Of a stretch of 64,000 nt of DNA, positions 58,101 through 64,000 are shown one piece after another; the first letter of the stretch is position 1; every line of letters starts with the position of its first letter. Where the stretch lies: contig CM074808.1 of the NCBI GenBank assembly GCA_037447605.1, positions 372,001 through 436,000 of the forward strand. Direction: 5' to 3'. The notes under the pieces are model-generated. The model was not told the origin of the DNA. It searched no databases and was given only the letters and a program-made list of their open reading frames with translations. The position numbers and the translations under genes were made by a program. Source of the DNA: Zygnema circumcarinatum SAG 698-1b (taxonomy: Eukaryota; Plantae; Zygnematophyceae).

Positions 58101-59289
58101 CTTTCCCACTCTATCGTATTCTCCCAGAGGTTTGCTGAAGTTCACACATTCTGTAAACCAAACAATCAGTCATTAAATTATCATTCTTAGAGCAGATTTC
58201 CACGTAAAAAGCTCCATAAACCCCAAACAAGTAGGTGAATTTCAAGTCCCAAACCAAGAAAATGACGCTTTAAGCGTGCGCTTTCTGACTGTATCCATGC
58301 ATGTTAACTGATGGCACCTATTGACTCAGTTACCAATACTCAGAATTCCTTATATCAAAAGAGGCATCTGTGTCTTACTTTCTAACATCTGTTTTTTGTG
58401 AACTTTGCCTTCGAACATAAAAGGCAAGAGCCACTTTTCAGTAAGATCATAGCTGCGTGTGCTGATATCTTCATCCTCCACACCACCTGTGACTCTTGGC
58501 AATCGCCCTACAGATTCCTTCTTGAAGGCCATACACATATGCTGCTGTATTTAGAGCCTAAATCTTACCAGAAGGGGGCAGTTTATTAAAAATATTTGGC
58601 CGATTGAGTAGCCCGCTAGCTCCCGGTTTCACTTGTATGACTTCATGATGTAAAGCTCTCATAAGCTGTGCTTCATTCGTATAGAAACCAGTCGCATTTC
58701 CTAAGGGATTGCGCTGCGTAACTATTCTGTGTTTCGATTTTTTTTTTTGTTTGTCAATTTGGTGAATCTCTTCTTCCTTGACTATGTTTGGAATAATCTC
58801 CTTTTTAAGAGAATAAAACTTTGCAGCCTGTACCATATCAGCCTCCAAAAACCTCGCCACTGCCTCCGAAATCATCTTTAATGTACTCTCAATGCTAGAT
58901 ACTGTTTCTGGAGATAAATAAAACCCATTCCTGTTACGCACACCGCCCCATTCGTTCCTCCAAAATCCGACACCGTGCTTCAAAGTCTCCTTCTTGAAAT
59001 GTGAAATCTTCTCCTCTCCCCAACCAGCATTCTTAAGGATCTGCTTGACTTCTACATTTGCAGAAGTAAGAAGTTCCTTCCAAGGCAATGTTTCCCCAAA
59101 CATTCTTTGTACAAGTAGCACCGTCAGTGCAATCGAAGCGACGCACGAAATGAGCACTATACACGACTTTAAAAAACGGCGCGCTGCTCCCTTCCTTCGC
59201 ATACTAAACACAGAAGAAAGTTTAGTTGCACTCCTTCCTCGAAGCGGAGTGCCTCGAATATCTCCTGCCGGGCTGCGCCTGCTCTCCAT
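55141..59289 (-). CDS. Type-II membrane protein: TM + filamin/Ig-like repeat + PC-esterase (TBL/NXPE-like SGNH) domain with catalytic substitutions
   Basis: TM SCIVLISCVASIALTVLLV; filamin-like CIWGSGLIRAKLMEKATFFI...FRVDYVPQQEGEYKLWV; PGQWV..YVWAPRTC..RRFKGKSIAFVGDESVQ; YDVLIFSYGTW; VLYRSNT; LDAFNVAFARSDRTVDGVVFY; acidic low-complexity tail. Confidence 0.85.
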
Positions 59290-61312
59290 TCTCGTACGGA
59301 TAAGAATTCACTGTAGACACGGGAAATCCACCAATCACGCAAGAAAATATGAGACAGCGTAAAGAAGAGATTTGGGGAGGTTGAACGGGGCGAAGAGACA
59401 TGGGCGGAGGAATGGTGCGAGAAATAAGAAAGGAAAAGGAATGTGCGAATTGATACGAAGGAAAAAAGCTTCGATGGAAGGCTACTCCGACGCACACATA
59501 GCTGCCAACACCCTAAAAAATCTGATCTTTTCAATAAGGTCCAGTTCCACAAGCATCGCTCATCACCTATCGGGCGCATGCAGGACGCATGCACAGATCC
59601 AGCTACATTATGAACTAAATTTGAACAATCAACAACTTGCAAACATAACTCATGCGCTTTGTGACCGTACAACTCCATACGCCCATGTACGCGCTTCAAG
59701 AAGCTTCCAAGCAAATTGCTGCTCCACAGAGGGACAGAAACAAAACATATCTTCCATCGTCTCTCAGTGGGAGAGAAGATGGAAGATATGAGACGGAAAT
59801 GGAGACAACAAAACAAGACAAGAGCAGGACGGAAGAGAGAGAAAATGCATCTGGCGATACACTTCTCCATGTACTTACACTTGAAGAATAACTTTCGTTT
59901 TCCTGCCCCTGCTCCTGTTCCTGCTGCGGATCCTGCTCCTAATCTCGCTGAATACCTGTTTCTTCTCCTGCTCCAGCTCCTCCTCTACTCCTGCTCCTAC
60001 TCACTAACTGATCCCAGTCCTGCTCCCGGTCCAGCTGTTACCCTCTCCAAGCCGCGACCTTTCTAAAGCTCCCGCCTTTCGCTCTGCAGGATGCCATCCT
60101 CCCCCATCCTTCCCTGTGCTCACCTTTGCTCCTCCTGCGGCGCGGCACTCCTCAAGCATTCCATGGATGCAAGCTTGCAGGCAGCGCAGCGCCCATGTCC
60201 TACTCGCAGAGGCAGAACACAGCAGAAAAAAAAACAACTCCTCCCCTTACATTGAGGACCACAGCGGCCGGCGCCTCGAGGGCCTGCTGAGAACGGCCAA
60301 GGGTCCGTGTGACACAATCCCGTAAAATAACGTGAACTGTAACGGCTACACGAGTAATCATGGAGTCCGTTTTTTCGAACATTGAACAAATTTGTTATGT
60401 CACGGAACTGTAGCATGGCACGGTTTTCCACTATTGAGCATAGAACTGTTGCGGAAAACGACATTGATGACGCCACGTGACAGTACAGTACACGGATGCA
60501 AGTGTACGGCTGGAGAGATTGTACGGGTGTCGCAAGTGTAGTAATACTGGCCGTTCAACAACCGTCGTAGCACAAAGAAATGCGATTGTTTAGGGTCGCC
60601 TCTAAGAAATTTGAGGCGACCGAATTGGCTTCGACCTCACTCAGGATGGCGATGCCATGAAATGAGTATGAACTAACAACAACATGGGGTTACTAGGAAC
60701 GGGTCGGTCACAAAGGCTTCAAAGCGAAAGAAAAGGCCATGACTATGAGCGTATGGACATGATGCGGCAATGTATGGAGATGCTTTTTTTCCATGTACAC
60801 ATGATGTCATCGCCATTGTGAGCTCACTGTCCATGTCCAATTCATGTCCCTTTCTGTGCGCAAGTTTTCTCCTAGGCCTAACAACAACGTCGTCCGTCTT
60901 CCGTAAATTAAGTTTGTACCACTGATGGAAAACTTTCGGTTCGATTTTTCCAAGTCTGACATTTGGCACCATGACAGCCGACTTTCCGGGTGGTCTCATT
61001 TGTCGTATTAGCCGATACGAGGCACCGGAAAACGCGCCTGCCGAAATTTGACTATGGGCAGGGCGGCCAGCCAAACACAGCACGACCGTACAGAAAGCGC
61101 TGCTTTGACGAAGCTTCCAAAAATGTACGGCAAAGGCTGCATGTGACTTCAAACCAAAACGACAAATAGACCGCCGGCATTTTTGTACAAAAATTACGTG
61201 CAAAACGACAAACTACGTCAGCACTGCCACCAGCTCATGGACAAAATTCTGGTGTGCATTTATCACATTTCCGTGTGTCCTTAACAAAACGCTCCCATAA
61301 AGTTAGAAAACG

Positions 61313-61443
61313 CTATTTTCACACCTTTTTGTATATATACACATATTTTTAGTCGGTCGGGCTTTATTTCAGGATTTCTATGTTATTTAGGAGTTTTTCT
61401 TAGTTAAAGGTGTGTTTCTAGAAACAGAAAGGTGTGGAAATAG
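61313..61443. repeat. 131-bp mini foldback with ~19-bp terminal inverted repeats
   Basis: CTATTTTCACACCTTTTTG ... CAGAAAGGTGTGGAAATAG. The TTTCACACCTTT motif is shared with the adjacent element's TIR. Confidence 0.65.
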
Positions 61444-61475
61444 TTATTCACATAAAGTATACCGTGTTTTTACAT

Positions 61476-62421
61476 GGGTAGTGATATTTCCACCCCTTTT
61501 TTGGATCCAAACACCCCTTCCCGGCCGGGCAGATTTCAGAAGGGATTAAAAACAGAAAATGCTTTTTCACACCTTTTTGGAATCGATACCCACCTTCTTC
61601 CGTCCGCTGATTTTATTTTTGCTAACCAAGGAAAATGATACCCCGTCAACGCATTTTGAATACTGTCTCCCGCCTCCCTGAATTTTTTTTTTGAGGGAAA
61701 GAAATATCTGCCTGCCCGAATCCGCTCGGAGCGGAAGATCCGTCCGCCACGAGATCGTTCGCGGGTGTCCGTCCTTTACACGTGTGTGTCCATCGCAGCT
61801 GTCGATTCCCTCGCAGATCACACCACTGCAGATCACCGTTCGATCTGCAGCCGGGCTCGATCTTAGCGAATGGAAAGCGCCCACGAGTCCCGTCAAAGCC
61901 AAATCGCACGAGCGAGTGCGCGCGTCCTTCGGCCCGAGATCTCGTCATTGTTAGCTCTCAGCCAATCAACATCTGCCACGTGCTACATTTTTGACGTGGA
62001 AATTTGTGATTGGTCTAAGATCTCAATGTACGAAATTTTGGGTTCCTCAGGTTGCGACCGTATGACATTTGTACGGACAAACTTTTGAGAGGACTTTGGC
62101 GGGATACGTGGACACGTGCCATGCGCTGTGACCGAGCCCGGCTGCCGATCAAATATTGATCTGTCGTGTTGGGATCTGCGAGGGAATCGACGGCTGCGAT
62201 TGACCGCACGCGTGAAAAAAAATTCAGGTAGGCGGGATATTCAAAATAGGGTGACGGGTTATTATTTTCCTTGTTTCGCAGAAATAAAATCTGCCGATGG
62301 AGGGTGGTATCGATTCCAAAAAGGTGTGAAAAAAGCATTTTCCGTTTTTAATCCTTTTTGAAATCTGCCCGGCCGGGAAGGGGTGTTTGGATCCAAAAAA
62401 GGGGTGGAAATATCACTACCC
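61476..62421. mobile_element. Non-autonomous foldback/Mutator-like DNA transposon (946 bp, long TIRs, 8-bp TSD TTTTACAT)
   Basis: The left end GGGTAGTGATATTTCCACCCCTTTT..GGATCCAAACACCCCTTCCCGGCCGGGCAGATTTCA is inverted at the right end. The imperfect inverted match continues inward (CGCAGCTGTCGATTCCCTCGCAGATC / GATCTGCGAGGGAATCGACGGCTGCG). TTTTACAT flanks both ends (61468-61475, 62422-62429). No transposase ORF. Confidence 0.92.
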
Positions 62422-62991
62422 TTTTACATTTTCCAGTTTCCAATTTCAGAGTTTCCAGTCTAGTTCCGGTTCAGTTTTCCGCAGCGAACTAAAGAGGAAA
62501 TACCGTAAATTTCTTTTTGGAGGGAAATGGCGAAATTCGAAAAGTTCAAAGTGTGGGATTTTGCTTGTTTGCAGCACTGGTTGGAGGAAGGGGCCGCCCC
62601 TCTTCACCATGAAGCCGGAGCTCCTTGGCTGCTGCTGCTGCTGCTTTGGATAAAAGGAAAGAAGGCGCCTATCTATGTATTTGCCTATGCAGCTTTTGCG
62701 GAAGCTTAGTGTCCAGCGCTGGCCGCACTTATTTTAAGCTGCTTGGCGAGTTGTTTTGCCATCTCATTGCAAGCCCATCTGTAAACTGCTGCTGCTGGCA
62801 GTTTATTTCTTTATTTCTTCAGGGAGAGGCAGAGGGAATCTTGGTCTAGAAACTCGGGCTACTGCAATCAGTCAGAGCATGTTTCGTTTGCATGGTTCGT
62901 TGCTGGCGGAACATTGCAGGCTGTAATCGCCTGATTGCTCGGCACTTGTAGCTGAAGATTTCAGCATTAGTAGAGGAGGGCTTGTTGTTTG

Positions 62992-63276
62992 ATGGCTCTC
63001 GGTGTCGTCTGTGCGAGATGCGGGGAAGGGCGACTGCAGTGGGTAGAGCTCTCAGATATGGGAGAAGGACAGTACTTTTGCGAGTTTTGGAAGAAGCATG
63101 AGCCAGGAGAGCAGTGCGCGGTTCCAGTTACGGAAGAGGAGTACAGGGAACTTGCGGAAGAGGCGAGAGAGGCGCGTTCAACGCAGCCTGCTCTGCTGAA
63201 CAAGGGAGCTACGGCGACCTTGGCAGGTCCATCCAAGGCAGCAAATGTTGCTGCGCTACAAAGGTTCGCACACTAA
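62992..63276 (+). CDS. Putative small Cys4 zinc-ribbon ORF or exon
   Basis: MALGVVCARCGEGRLQWVELSDMGEGQYFCEFWKKHEPGEQCAVPVTEEEYRELAEEAREARS...; protein-like composition. There is a possible donor GCAG|gtcc near 63226, and the gene may extend beyond the window. Confidence 0.45.
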   Translation: MALGVVCARCGEGRLQWVELSDMGEGQYFCEFWKKHEPGEQCAVPVTEEEYRELAEEAREARSTQPALLNKGATATLAGPSKAANVAALQRFAH

Positions 63277-64000
63277 AGAATTTTTGCTCAGAAAGCACAC
63301 GCAGGACGTCAAAATGCAAAAACAAGCTACACGATCGAGTAAAGGATGGCTTTCATTAGATTTTCTTGCTCAACTTGTGTTAAGTACGTACCTGCAGAAA
63401 AAAAAAACCTTTACTTCAAAATATTGATTCGCACTTAATCGAATCGAATAGTCGAATTATATCCAACTGATATTCATACGAATGCGTACATGGTACTTAC
63501 TGCACTCTCGGAAAAAAATTATGGTAGTACATACTATCTGCTCAAAATCCTTTTCCACAATCTTGGCCAAGGGCCCAATAAACTTAACAGAGATGTTCAG
63601 TAGGCGAGCGGATGTTGTAAAATTTTGAGTCTCCTTTTTATCATTCTTCCTTTTTAATCTTAAAAATCGCGTGCTCTGCGTCGAACTGAGCACTGACAGA
63701 AATCGTGAGTTCGGAAAACAAGGTGTGAGCACCAATACTTGTATTTATACTAATACTACACCAACGAGATGGTCGGCAACCTTTGCTTTGGTAGTGCAAT
63801 TTACGTGACAAGTAGACTGACTAGTATCTTGTACAACATGAGGATGTGAACCTTATTGTGAGTCGAGATTCTCCTAAGCTGAGGCCCATATAATGTCCAT
63901 CAGATTTATGTGAATGCAAACTTACATTGGCAGGCAGTGCTGTGTAATTTTGTATGCAGTGGACAGCTGGTGGTGAAAAGGCAGTCGTTACTTCCCAAGG

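Noticed and set aside
60594-60621. 9-bp inverted repeat GGTCGCCTC/GAGGCGACC
   Set aside because: Short enough to occur by chance in 64 kb, with no associated TSD or element.
59169-61203. Several 110-230 aa ORFs on both strands upstream of the PC-esterase gene
   Set aside because: Non-ATG starts, no coherent exon chain and no recognisable domain. This could be an eroded TE, but I cannot support a call.

Overview
Eukaryotic nuclear DNA with many introns filled with GA/CT and GGGA/CCCT microsatellites and three N gaps. The gene content (plant-type MET1 with two RFTS domains, plant-type U1 promoter, a U12 intron, an LCIB homolog) suggests a streptophyte alga such as a zygnematophyte or other charophyte; this is inference. 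Genes reconstructed by hand, left to right: 3' part of a divergent Tic110-like gene (+), a 2-exon gene with a bacterial-looking domain (+), SMU1 (-), a single-pass PY-rich membrane protein absent from the ORF track (-), LCIB/theta-carbonic anhydrase (+), U1 snRNA (-), MLH3 (+), Golgi alpha-mannosidase II (-), MET1 (-) with a gap-flanked 1.35-kb duplication of its 3' end, a filamin + PC-esterase/TBL-like protein lacking its catalytic Ser and His (-), a 946-bp foldback transposon with an 8-bp TSD, and a small Cys4 ORF (+). Most long ORFs in the supplied track are microsatellite or antisense artefacts. Family calls come from motif recognition, not database searches. Best leads: the HGT candidate, the LCIB and its dual-frame 5' end, the pseudo-acetyltransferase, the U1 promoter with Pol III-like spacing, and complementary microsatellites flanking SMU1 exon 2.
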